This document shows positions 1 to 9,387 of a DNA stretch of 64,000 bases, one piece after another (the stretch's first letter is position 1; each line of letters starts with the position of its first letter). Origin of the DNA: an uncultured Candidatus Rokubacteria bacterium (lineage in GTDB: Bacteria; Methylomirabilota; Methylomirabilia; Rokubacteriales; CSP1-6). Under the pieces are notes generated by a model. It saw only the letters and a list, made by a program, of their open reading frames with translations. It did not search any database and was not told where the DNA came from. The DNA lies in assembly GCA_963789955.1 (NCBI GenBank), contig CAWBMV010000012.1, positions 160,001 through 224,000 of the forward strand. Direction: 5' to 3'. The translations under genes and the position numbers were made by a program.

Positions 1-454
1 AGCGCCAGAAGCGTCCCTCGTGTGACGCGGTGTCCTCGCGCCAGAGCTTCAGGAGGATCTCGATCGCCTCCTCCGTCATCTCGGGCGCGTCGTCGAAGCT
101 CAGGCCGAGCTTGACGAACTCCCCCGGGCGCACGCCCTTGCCGATGCCGAAGTCGAAGCGCCCGCGCGCGAGATTGTCGAGGGTCGCCGCCTCGGCAGCG
201 AGCCGCAGCGGATGGTGGAAGGGCAGGACGTTGACGTAGTTGCCGAAGCGCATCCGCGTGGTCCGCTGGAGCGCCGCGGCGATCATCAAGTTGGGGCTCG
301 GCAAGAGCGAGTAGTCGGTGAAGTGATGCTCGGCGAACCAGCACTCGCCGAAGCCGAGCGTCTCGGCGAGCGCGATCTGATCGAGCATCTCGGCGTACGC
401 CTGGTCGTGCGCGACGCCGCGGCCCTGGCAGTAGTAGAAAAGCCCGAAGTCCAT
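1..454 (-). CDS. LLM class (luciferase-like) flavin-dependent oxidoreductase, runs off window start
   Basis: Manual minus-strand translation from ATG at 454: MDFGLFYYCQ...LGFGECWFAEHHFTDYSLLPSPNLMIAAALQRTTRMRFGNYVNVLPFHHPLRLAAEAATLDNLARGRFDFGIGKG, with the WxAEHH and HPLRLAE motifs of the LLM family. Not in the ORF track because it is open at the edge. Confidence 0.9.
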   Translation of the reverse strand, partial: MDFGLFYYCQGRGVAHDQAYAEMLDQIALAETLGFGECWFAEHHFTDYSLLPSPNLMIAAALQRTTRMRFGNYVNVLPFHHPLRLAAEAATLDNLARGRFDFGIGKGVRPGEFVKLGLSFDDAPEMTEEAIEILLKLWREDTASHEGRFWR

Positions 455-456
455 CG

Positions 457-2102
457 TCAGGGCGGTCCCGGCGTCACGGCGAGCCGGTCGATCCACGTGA
501 ACGTCAGGCGCCGCCCCAGATCGTAGCCGTCGTGATGCTTGAAGCCCTTCACGTACGGCGGGTGCGAGATGTAGCGCGGGTACATCGGCACGCCGACGTA
601 GTACGCCTTGTCGGCGAGGTAGCGCTGGATCTCGTAGACGATCTCGCGGCGTTTCGTCGGGATCCATCTCGCGGCGCTGGGCGAGCAGGAGCTGGTTCAG
701 CTCGGCGTCGTCGACGTGGCTGCGGTTCCACGGCGACCTCCGGATAGAACGTGCTCGTACAGGAAGTCGTCGACCTCGGTCACGCCCGCGCCGTAGGGAC
801 CCATCGCCATCTTCTCGAACTTGCCGATCACCGGTCGTCGTCGAGTACTTGGCCGAGCTCTTCGGGCTTGAGCTCGACCGCGACGCCGACCTTGCTCAGC
901 ATGTCGGCGGTGAGGTCGTAGTAGCTCCGCCAGGGCGGCGGGAAGCCCGGCCAGTGGAACAGCGGCGCGGTGAAGCCGCGCGGAAAGCCGGCCTCGGCGA
1001 GGAGCCGCCGGGCCTCGGCCGGGTCGTAGCCGATCGAGGTACTTGCGCTGGGTCGGCGTCGAGCTTCGCGGCGTCGAGCTTCCACTCGGTCATCGCGCAG
1101 GGGACGGGTCCGGAATCGAGGCAGCCCTCGCCGTAGAGCAGCGCGTCGTTCCAGGACTTGCGGTCGATGGCCAGCGACACCGCGCGGCGAACGCGGACGT
1201 CGTTGAACGGCGGCTGATCGGTGCGCAGGAAGATGTGACGCGACGTCGACGACCATGCTGCGGCGACGATCGACCATCTCAGGATTCGTTGCGCTTGAGC
1301 GCCTTGCCGTCTTCCGGGCGTCAGAAATCCCCACCAGTGGGCGAGCTCGATCTTGCCGGTGCGGAGCAACGCCAGACGCGCGGCCTGGTCGGGCACGATC
1401 TCGAACGTGACCGCCGTCGAGATACGGGCAAGCCCGGCATGTAGTAGTCCGGGTTGCGCTCGAAGACGATCCGCACGCCGCGCTCGTAGGACTTCAGCAC
1501 GAAGGGGCCGGTGCCGATCACCGCGTCGGCGCTGTTGAAGTCCTTGAACCGCTCCTCGGCCTCGCGCGGAAGGATGGCCGTATGAGCCGCGCTCGCGAGG
1601 TGGTTCAGGAACGGGCGCGAACGGCTCCTTGAGGACGATCCGCACGGTGTAGCGGTCGACGACGTCGATCGACTGGACCGGGTCGAAGCGCGCCCGGATC
1701 GGGCGATTTCGCCCGGAAGCGCTCGAGCGAGTACTTCACGTCGTCGGCCACGACCTCGCGGCCGTTCACCGGCGGCTTCTTGTGGAAGCGCACGCCCTTG
1801 CGGAGCGAGAAGACCAAGGTGGTCGGGTTCTGGTACTCCCACTTCTCGGCGAGATCCGGAAGGATCCGAAGGTCGGTCGGGCTCGTCTGCTCCGGCCCGG
1901 CGGGGAAGCGCAGCAGGTGGCCGTAGGCGAGACTGGCGACGGTTTGCGGCAAGAAGTTGACGACCAGATGCGGATCGAGCGCCGGCGGGTCGGGCACGCC
2001 GATGCGGAAGACGCCGCCCGGCCTGGGCTGCGCCGAGGCGTCGATCGACGACGTGAGTATCGCCAGGGTGAGCAGGCTCACGAGGACAATCCGCCGAGTC
2101 AT
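457..2102 (-). CDS. ABC transporter substrate-binding protein, family 5 (DppA/OppA-like), several frameshifts
   Basis: Signal peptide MTRRIVLVSLLTLAIL, then PRPGGVFRIG, PDLAEKWE, LRKGVRFHKKPPVNGREVVADDVKYSLER, IGTGPFVLKSYERG, PPFNDVRVRRAVSLAIDRK spread over three frames. C-terminus ...GYDLGRRLTFTWIDR. Confidence 0.88.
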
Positions 2103-2118
2103 CGGCCCGCCTCCTGAA

Positions 2119-3066
2119 TCATGGGCGCGCCTCGGCCGGCGGGGCCCCAGCCCCGCGACGGCCTGCAGCGCGCACTACGCGCGCGCCCTGGAGAACCGAC
2201 TTCTCGTCCTTGAACGCCCCGCGGATCCAGTCGATCAGGAGCCGCACGCGCGGGACGGTCTTGAGATCGGGATGGACGAGCAGCCAGTAGTCGTCGCTGA
2301 GCTCGGCCAGGGGCGCCGTGAGGCGTACGAGCGTCGGATCCGAGTCGCCGACGAAGCACGGCAGGATGCCGAGCCCGGCGCCGGCGCGGATCGCGTCGAG
2401 CTGCAGTGTGAAGCGATTCGCCCGCACTCGCGGACGGCGGTCGCCGAGATGTCCCATCAAGAACGCCATCGAGCGGAAATACTCGTGGGGCGCGTCGTAG
2501 GCGACCCACGGGCACGTGCGCCAGCGTGCCTCGGTCCGCGCGGTCGGCTGCGCGTCGACGAGACTCGTCGCGCCGTAGACGGCCGCCTCGATCGTGCCCA
2601 GCCCGACGCGCACCAGGTGGTTGCGCGCCGGGAGCCCGTGCTTGATCCACAGATCCGCTTCTCGCCGATCGAGATCCGGCTCGGTGTGTGTCTCGACCAG
2701 CTCGACCGTGAGATCGGCGTGCCGGGCGCTCAGGCTCCCCAGGCGCGGGGAGAGAAAGCGCGCCGGCCATTCCCCGGCGGAGACCCGGACGACGCCACCG
2801 CCGTCGTCGCCGAAGGCCATCCGCCGGCGATCGATGGCGGTGGCCGCTTCGGCCATGCTCTGCGCCATCGGCATGAGGTGCTGGCCGCCCTTCGTCAGCC
2901 GATGACCGTCCGGGGTGCGCTCGAAGAGGCGTGTGCCCAGGCTCTGCTCGAGCTGCCGCAGGTGGCGGATGACGGTGGGCTGGCCGAAGCCGAGCACCCG
3001 CGCGGCGCGGCGCAGGCTGCCGGCCTGGGCGATGGCGAGGAAGACGCGAAGATCGTCCCACTGCAC
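2119..3066 (-). CDS. LysR-family transcriptional regulator
   Basis: N-terminal WDDLRVFLAIAQAGSLRRAARVLGFGQPTVIRHLRQLEQSLGTRLFER HTH followed by a substrate-binding domain; 315 aa intact. Confidence 0.95.
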   Translation of the reverse strand: MQWDDLRVFLAIAQAGSLRRAARVLGFGQPTVIRHLRQLEQSLGTRLFERTPDGHRLTKGGQHLMPMAQSMAEAATAIDRRRMAFGDDGGGVVRVSAGEWPARFLSPRLGSLSARHADLTVELVETHTEPDLDRREADLWIKHGLPARNHLVRVGLGTIEAAVYGATSLVDAQPTARTEARWRTCPWVAYDAPHEYFRSMAFLMGHLGDRRPRVRANRFTLQLDAIRAGAGLGILPCFVGDSDPTLVRLTAPLAELSDDYWLLVHPDLKTVPRVRLLIDWIRGAFKDEKSVLQGARVVRAAGRRGAGAPPAEARP

Positions 3067-3072
3067 GGCGCC

Positions 3073-3078
3073 AGATTA
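3073..3078 (-). promoter_or_regulatory. Putative -10 box (TAATCT) 6 nt upstream of the lysR GTG start; probable leaderless transcript
   Basis: Minus strand reads TAATCT-ggcgcc-GTG with no Shine-Dalgarno. Confidence 0.5.
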
Positions 3079-3082
3079 GCAA

Positions 3083-3116
3083 CTTCGACGGCTTCGACGT
3101 GCTCCGAATCCGGAGC
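3083..3116. promoter_or_regulatory. Putative LysR operator region: direct repeat CTTCGACG x2 plus palindrome GCTCCG-aatc-CGGAGC
   Basis: Seen between the divergent lysR and small ORF; function inferred from position only. Confidence 0.35.
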
Positions 3117-3188
3117 GGGGCGGTCCGCCCCTGGCGGCTTCCGCGGGAGGGCGCGCGATGGTGGACTGACGGGCAAGGAGGACACGCA

Positions 3189-3401
3189 ATGTGCGACAAC
3201 GAGTATCTGGCCCACGCGATGATCAGCGACCGGCTCCGCGAGGCCGAGGCCCAGGGCGCGCTCCGCGCGATGATTCAGCAGGCGCTCGAAGCCGGCGCGG
3301 CTCGCCGGCCGGCCCGGCCCACCCGGCTCGAGGTCTGGTGGCAGGCATCCGCCGCCTGGGTGGCTCAGCTCGCGCTTCCCAAGATGTGGAATAGGCTCTA
3401 G
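3189..3401 (+). CDS. Small hypothetical protein (70 aa), divergent from lysR
   Basis: Strong RBS AAGGAGGA followed by ATG at 3189: MCDNEYLAHAMISDRLREAEAQGALRAM... Confidence 0.6.
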   Translation: MCDNEYLAHAMISDRLREAEAQGALRAMIQQALEAGAARRPARPTRLEVWWQASAAWVAQLALPKMWNRL

Positions 3402-3410
3402 GCTAGCGGC

Positions 3411-6400
3411 GTGTACCTGGACCCGAGGCTCTGGGCGCTCACGACGGGCGTCCGCGGTCGCATCGCCGCGACCGTCCTGGTCGGTCTCGCCGCCGTCGCC
3501 GCCGGAATCGCGCGGCTCGCCCTGCTCGGCTGGCTCCTCGGCCGCGTCCTGACCGGCGAATCGCTCGCCGCGCTGGTTCCCGCGATCGCGCTCACGGCGC
3601 TGGCGCTCGCCGCGCGGAGCGCCCTGGACTACGCGCGCACGATGGTGGCGCACCACACGGCCGCCCGGGTGCAGGAGCGTCTGCGCCAGATCCTCTACAC
3701 CCAGATCGCCTCGCTCGGCCCCGCCCACTTCGTCCGCGCGCGGACCGGCGACGTGATGCTTTCGATGGTGGAAGGCGTGCAGCAGCTCGAGACCTACTTC
3801 GGCCAGTATCTCCCGCAGCTCTTCGTCTCGGCGATCACGCCGCTGCTCATCTTCGGATTCGTCGCGTTCGTGGATCTGCCGGTCGCGCTCGTGCTGCTGG
3901 TCGCCGCGTTCGTGGTGCTGCTGGCGCCGGCGCTCTGGCACAGCAAGGATCGCCAGGCGAGTCTGGCCCGCAATCGCGCCTACGCCGCCTTCGGCGCCGA
4001 TTTTCTCGACGCGGTGCAGGGGCTGGCGACACTCAAGGCGTTCGGCCAGAGCGGCGCGCGGGCCCGGCAGCTCCAGCATCGCGCCCACGAGCTCTTCCGG
4101 AGCACGATGTGGGTGCTCGGCAGCAACACGATGGCGCGCGGCATCACGGACACGGGCATCGCGTTGGGGGCCGCGGTGGCGCTGACGCTCGGCGCCTGGC
4201 GTGTCAGCACCGGCGCGATGTCCGTGCCCGCGCTGCTGATCATCCTGATGCTCGGCGTCGAAGTGTTCCGTCCGCTGCGAGAGCTGCGCATCCTGCTCCA
4301 CCAGGGGATGCTGGGTCTCTCCGCGGCCCGCGGCATTTTCGCGCTCCTCGACGCCGTGCCGGCCGTGTCGGATCGCGCGGCCGGCCCGGAGCCGGCTGAC
4401 GCCGGCGTGGCCTTCGAGGACATCACGTTCGCCTATCCGGGGGCGCGTCGCCCGGCGCACGTCGAGCTGAGCTTCCACGTTCGGCCGGGCGAGCGCGTCG
4501 CGATCGTGGGACCGAGCGGCTCGGGCAAGTCGACGATCGCGCGGCTGCTGCTCAGGTTCCACGATCCCGATCGCGGCCGGGTCACGATCGGCGGCCGCGA
4601 CCTGCGCCAGCTGAGCCTCGAGCAGGTGCGAAGCCGCGTGGCGCTCGTCAGCCAGGACACGTGGCTCTTCCACGGCACCGTCGAGGACAACATCCGGATG
4701 GGCAAGCCCGACGCGAGCGCCGACGAGCTCCGCGCGGCCGCGCGCGCCGCGAACGCCGAGGAGTTCATCCTGCGCCTGCCGCAGAGCTACGACACGGTGG
4801 TCGGCGAGCGCGGCGTCCGGCTCTCGGGCGGGCAGCGGCAGCGCATCGCGATCGCCCGCGCGCTCCTGCGCGACGCGCCCATCCTGGTGCTCGACGAGGC
4901 GCTCTCGTCGGTGGATGCCGAGAGCGAGGCGCTGATCCAGGCAGCACTCGACCGGCTCATGCGGGGTCGTACGACGCTCATCTTCGCGCACCGGCTCTCG
5001 AGCGTGATCGGCGCCGATCGGATTCTCGTGCTCGACCAGGGGCGTCTGGTGGAGCAGGGCACCCACGCCGCGCTGATCGGCCGCGGCGGGGCCTACACGC
5101 GCCTGATGGCCGGGCAGGCGAGGGACGGCGCGGGCGCCGTGGCCGTTGGCGCCCGGCCGACCGTGATGACCGCCAACGGCGATGGCGTCGCCGCGGCCGA
5201 CGCCGACGCGCCGGGTGACGAGCCGCAGGCCATCATCGGCGCCGAGCAGGTCGGCTGGGGCGCGGTGCTGCGCACGCTCGTCGACAAGACGCGGGGCTAT
5301 CGCGCCCGGCTGACGTTGACGTTCTTTCTCGGCGTCGCGCGGGTCACGGCCCTGATCGGCGTCGGCGTCCTCAGCGCGCTCGCGGTGCGCGCCGTCAAGC
5401 GCGGCGAGCCGGCCGGCCCGCTGCTCGCGGGCCTGCTCGTGGTGGCGCCGCTCGCCGGCATCCTGCACTGGTGCGAATCCTGGCTGGCCCACGACGTCGC
5501 GTACCGGCTGCTCGCCGACATGCGTCTGGCGGTGTTCCAGAAGCTCGACGCGCTGGCGCCGGCCTATCTCACGCGGCGCCGGTCGGGTGATCTGGTGGGC
5601 GCGGCCACCCACGACGTGGAGCTGATCGAATACTTCTTCGCCCACACGGTGACGCCCGCGTTCGTCGCGGTGCTGGTGCCGGCCGCCGTGCTGGTCGCGC
5701 TCGGCGAGTTCGGCGGCGCCCTGGTGCTCGTGCTCGTGCCGTTCCTTCTGTACACGGCGCTCGTCCCCGTGCTCGGCCGCTCTCGCATCGATCGCCTGAG
5801 CTCGCGCGCGCGCGAGGCGTCGGGCGATCTGAACGCGCACGTGGTCGACACCGTTCAGGGCCTGGCCGAGATCGTCGCGTACCGTCGCGTGACGGCCTGG
5901 GGCGAGGCGCTCGGCGCCAAGGCTCGCCGCTTCTACGAGCTGCGCCTGCCGTTCCTGCGCGATCTCGCCCGCCAGACGGCCTTCCAGGAAACGGCCACCG
6001 GCCTCGGCGGCCTCGCGGTGATCGCCGTGGGCGCGTGGCTCGCGCATCAGGGACGCATGGACGCCGCGAGCCTGCCGTTGCTGACCTTGCTCGCGCTGTC
6101 CGCGTTCGTTCCGTTGTGGGAGATCGCTCAGGTCGGCCGCCAGCTCGCCGACACGCTCGGCGCCGCCCGGCGGCTCAGCGCCGTCGAGGCGGAGCCGATC
6201 CCGGTGACCGACGGACCGGGTGTTCCGGCCGCGCCGGCTCGCGGCGGCCTCGCGGTCGAGCTCGCGGACGTGCGCTTCACCTATCCCGGCCGTACGCGCC
6301 CGGCTCTGGACGGCGTCTCGCTCAGGATCAAGGACGGTAGCACGGTCGCGCTGGTCGGGCCGTCCGGCGCGGGGAAGACGACGGTCGCCAGCCTGCTGCT

Positions 6401-6998
6401 GCGCTTCTGGGATCCGCAGTCGGGTGTGATCCGCCTGTTCGGTCACGATCTGCGCGAGTACCAGCTGGACGAGCTTCGCAAGCGGATCGCGCTGGTGGCG
6501 CAGGACACCTATCTCTTCAACGACACGCTACGCGCCAACGTCATGCTGGCGCGCCCCGACGCGGACGACGCCGCGCTGGGGCTCGCCATCGAGCGCGCGG
6601 CGCTGCACGATCTCGTGACGGAACTACCCGACGGACTCGATACGGTGGTGGGCGAGCGGGGCGCGCAGCTCTCGGGCGGCCAGCGTCAGCGGGTGGCGAT
6701 CGCGCGCGCGTTTCTCAAGGACGCGCCCGTGCTGATCCTGGACGAGGCGACCTCGCACCTCGATGCCGTGAGCGAAGCCGCCGTGCGCTCGGCGCTCGAG
6801 CGTCTCGCGCAGGACCGGACGACGCTCGTCATCGCGCATCGGCTCTCCACGGTGCGCGATGCCGACGCGATCGTCGTGCTCGACGACGGCAAGCTGGTCG
6901 AGGTCGGCCGGCACGCCGAGCTCCTCGCGCGGGGCGATCTCTACGCGCATCTGGTGGCTCGGCAGCTCGGCGGCGGGATTCCGGCCGCCGCGGACTAG
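3411..6998 (+). CDS. Fused heterodimeric ABC exporter (TMD-NBD-TMD-NBD), CydD/CydC-like
   Basis: 1195 aa. Two Walker A motifs (GPSGSGKS, GPSGAGKT), two LSGGQRQR signatures, two ILxLDEA Walker B motifs and two TM domains. Confidence 0.92.
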   Translation: MYLDPRLWALTTGVRGRIAATVLVGLAAVAAGIARLALLGWLLGRVLTGESLAALVPAIALTALALAARSALDYARTMVAHHTAARVQERLRQILYTQIASLGPAHFVRARTGDVMLSMVEGVQQLETYFGQYLPQLFVSAITPLLIFGFVAFVDLPVALVLLVAAFVVLLAPALWHSKDRQASLARNRAYAAFGADFLDAVQGLATLKAFGQSGARARQLQHRAHELFRSTMWVLGSNTMARGITDTGIALGAAVALTLGAWRVSTGAMSVPALLIILMLGVEVFRPLRELRILLHQGMLGLSAARGIFALLDAVPAVSDRAAGPEPADAGVAFEDITFAYPGARRPAHVELSFHVRPGERVAIVGPSGSGKSTIARLLLRFHDPDRGRVTIGGRDLRQLSLEQVRSRVALVSQDTWLFHGTVEDNIRMGKPDASADELRAAARAANAEEFILRLPQSYDTVVGERGVRLSGGQRQRIAIARALLRDAPILVLDEALSSVDAESEALIQAALDRLMRGRTTLIFAHRLSSVIGADRILVLDQGRLVEQGTHAALIGRGGAYTRLMAGQARDGAGAVAVGARPTVMTANGDGVAAADADAPGDEPQAIIGAEQVGWGAVLRTLVDKTRGYRARLTLTFFLGVARVTALIGVGVLSALAVRAVKRGEPAGPLLAGLLVVAPLAGILHWCESWLAHDVAYRLLADMRLAVFQKLDALAPAYLTRRRSGDLVGAATHDVELIEYFFAHTVTPAFVAVLVPAAVLVALGEFGGALVLVLVPFLLYTALVPVLGRSRIDRLSSRAREASGDLNAHVVDTVQGLAEIVAYRRVTAWGEALGAKARRFYELRLPFLRDLARQTAFQETATGLGGLAVIAVGAWLAHQGRMDAASLPLLTLLALSAFVPLWEIAQVGRQLADTLGAARRLSAVEAEPIPVTDGPGVPAAPARGGLAVELADVRFTYPGRTRPALDGVSLRIKDGSTVALVGPSGAGKTTVASLLLRFWDPQSGVIRLFGHDLREYQLDELRKRIALVAQDTYLFNDTLRANVMLARPDADDAALGLAIERAALHDLVTELPDGLDTVVGERGAQLSGGQRQRVAIARAFLKDAPVLILDEATSHLDAVSEAAVRSALERLAQDRTTLVIAHRLSTVRDADAIVVLDDGKLVEVGRHAELLARGDLYAHLVARQLGGGIPAAAD

Positions 6999-7019
6999 TC
7001 GCGTCGGCGCCGGGCGACG

Positions 7020-7922
7020 ATGAAAGAAGCCGTCAGCCGAACCGCCCTGGCCGTCACCCTCTGGAGGGCCCGGGAATCCTCTCGCTCTGCGTCGAGTCGA
7101 CTCTTCGAGGACGATCTGGCCTCTGTGTTTCTCGACCGCCGCTTCCGGTGGGCGCTTCATCTGTCGCGGCTGCCTCTGGTCGGCGCCATGGTGCCGTGGT
7201 CGCTCATCGACGGGCACTGGGCCGGATCGAGGGGAACGGTGGCGGTGCGGACGAGATACATCGATGATGCCCTGGCGGCCGCGCTGCGCAATGGCGTGGA
7301 GCAGGTCGTGATCCTCGGCGCCGGGTTCGACAGCCGAGCCTATCGAGTCCCGGGGATGGACCGGATCCGTGTCTTCGAAGTGGACCACCCCATCGACGCA
7401 GGCCGAGAAGAAGAGGGTGGTGGTACGACGACTCGGAAGCACTCCCGCGCTCATGTCGAGTTCGTTCCGATCGATTTCAGCACGCATACCCTCGACGCGA
7501 TGCTGCCGGCCGCCGGATTTCGAGCGACGACCCGGACGTTCTTCATCTGCGAAGGCGTCACGCACTATCTGTCGGCGTCGGACGTCGATACGCTGTTTCG
7601 GTACGTCGCCCGAAGCGCGGACGCCGGGAGTGAGATGGTCTTCACGTACATTCACCGGACCATCCTCGACGGGACCGCCACGTTTGCCGGAGCGGGGAAG
7701 ACTCTGGCGATCGTTCGCGGTCCGGCGAGCCGTACACGTTCGGCTTCGATCCGGCCGAGCTGGCTCAGTATCTCGCGGCCCGTGACCTCGAGCTGATCGA
7801 AGACGTCGGGGCCAGCACGTATCGCGCGCGCTACCTCGACCCGCTCGGCCGCGGGCACGAGCCGCTCTCGGAGTTCCAGCGGGCCGCGCTCGTGCGAGTT
7901 ACCGGGCCGGGCAGCCGCGTGA
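7020..7922 (+). CDS. SAM-dependent methyltransferase (LCM / mycobacterial Rv-type), frameshifted
   Basis: RTRYIDD, QVVILGAGFDSRAYR, VFEVDHP and EGVTHYL motifs; frames shift near 7400 and 7720. Confidence 0.85.
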
Positions 7923-7963
7923 AGGGGGCGTGACCCCTCCACGCGGCCGCCCAAGCGCGGGGG

Positions 7964-9256
7964 CTACACGTACTTCGCGTAGACGGCCTTGATCTTGTCC
8001 TCGGCCCACTTCACGGTCTGCTCGAGATCCATCTTGTCCGTGGCGAACTGCGCGAGCGCGTCTACCATCACGAACTGCTGGTAGACCTCGTCCGCGGCCG
8101 GGGTGAGCGGCCCCGGATAGCCGGTGGTGAAGTGGTACTCGGCGTCCTGCTCGAGCGGCTTGAGCTTGGGATCCTCGCTGATGATCGGGAACGGCGGCTT
8201 GGCGTAGTTTTTCAGGAACGGCATGTTGTAGCCGGTGCTGGCCTTGGCGCCCTCGCGATAGTCGTCGACCAGCGCCTCGAGGAAGGCCTTGGCGCCATCG
8301 GCGTTCTTGCTGAACTTCGTGACGCCGTACGCGCGGCAGTTCGCGAACGAGCGGCGCGCCGCGGGCCCCTTGGGTGAGAGCGACACGAAGATCTTGTCAG
8401 CCAGCTCCTTGTTCGAGCCCTCGATCGTCCGGTAGGCGCTGATCGGGTTGTGGATCCAGGAGCCGCGCCCCGAGGCGAGCAGCCGGTTGTTGGAGGCGTC
8501 GTCCCAGGCGAGCACCTCGGGCGTCATGCAGTCCTTGTAGAGCGCCTTGTTGAACTTCAGCGCCTCGCGCACTTCCTTGGAATTGTAGGTGAGGGTCTTG
8601 CCGTCCTTGGCCACCTCGGAGCCGCCGTAGGACCACATGATCGCTCGCCAGGATGCGCGGGAGTCGTCGTGGTGGGCCAGGCCGATCCCGATCGGGAAGC
8701 CCTTGGCCTTGAGCTTCATGCCGCCCTTGTGCAGGTCATCCCAGGAGTCGGGTCCGTTGGGGAAGCCGACCTCGGTCCACAGGTCCTTGCGGTAGAGCCC
8801 GGGGAAGTCGATGAAGAAATCTGGGATCGCGTGGAATTTGCCGTCGCTGACCTTGCAGTAGTTATCGGCCAGCGGCGTCCAGCCGCCGTGCTTCTTGGCG
8901 ATCCGGTCGGCGGTGTCATTGACGTCCAGCAGCGCGGCCGCCCACTTCTCGGTGCCGGTACCCACGAGCTGGACGATGTCGTGCCCGGATTGGGTAGCGA
9001 TCTCCGCGGCGATCTTGGCGGGAATCTGCAGATGCGCGACGTGATCGATGATGACCTTGATCCCGTTCTTCGTCGACCACTGCTCGGCGAACGCGTCGAA
9101 GTACTTGTCGTACGAGGGCACGAAGTGCGTCCAGGCGAGCACCCGGACCTCCTTCGTCTGGGCCCACGCCGGGCGGACCCAGACGTGGGGGAACGCGGTG
9201 ACGGCGGTGGCGCCGGCCGCGGTCGAAATGAACTGCCGTCGCGAAACCTTGCTCAT
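7964..9256 (-). CDS. Extracellular solute-binding protein (carbohydrate ABC family 1), Tat-exported
   Basis: SRRQFISTAAG twin-arginine signal, YRKDL and WDDASNNR motifs; 430 aa; RBS AAGGAG. Confidence 0.88.
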   Translation of the reverse strand: MSKVSRRQFISTAAGATAVTAFPHVWVRPAWAQTKEVRVLAWTHFVPSYDKYFDAFAEQWSTKNGIKVIIDHVAHLQIPAKIAAEIATQSGHDIVQLVGTGTEKWAAALLDVNDTADRIAKKHGGWTPLADNYCKVSDGKFHAIPDFFIDFPGLYRKDLWTEVGFPNGPDSWDDLHKGGMKLKAKGFPIGIGLAHHDDSRASWRAIMWSYGGSEVAKDGKTLTYNSKEVREALKFNKALYKDCMTPEVLAWDDASNNRLLASGRGSWIHNPISAYRTIEGSNKELADKIFVSLSPKGPAARRSFANCRAYGVTKFSKNADGAKAFLEALVDDYREGAKASTGYNMPFLKNYAKPPFPIISEDPKLKPLEQDAEYHFTTGYPGPLTPAADEVYQQFVMVDALAQFATDKMDLEQTVKWAEDKIKAVYAKYV

Positions 9257-9358
9257 GCTCTCTCCTTGTCAAGGGGTATCCGGGTCACTTCAAGCACCCG
9301 CGGTGAGCCCGAGGCTGAAACGGTTGGGATGAACGCGTATCGGGGCAAAGTTACAGCG

Positions 9359-9387
9359 ACTTAACACCCGCCTCGAAGCCGAGTCAA
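9359..9387 (-). promoter_or_regulatory. Putative sigma70 promoter TTGACT-N17-TTAAGT for the SBP gene
   Basis: Minus strand, immediately after the amidohydrolase stop codon, in an AT-richer spacer. Confidence 0.45.

Noticed and set aside
2895..6446. 1183-aa minus-strand ORF and similar long antisense ORFs (1957-3222, 9541-10779, 27880-29625, 35563-37635)
   Set aside because: These are shadow ORFs on the opposite strand of clear genes, expected in high-GC DNA, with no recognisable motifs.
7922..7963. Small hairpin between the convergent methyltransferase and SBP genes as a terminator
   Set aside because: The stem is short and imperfect with no U-tract; support is insufficient.
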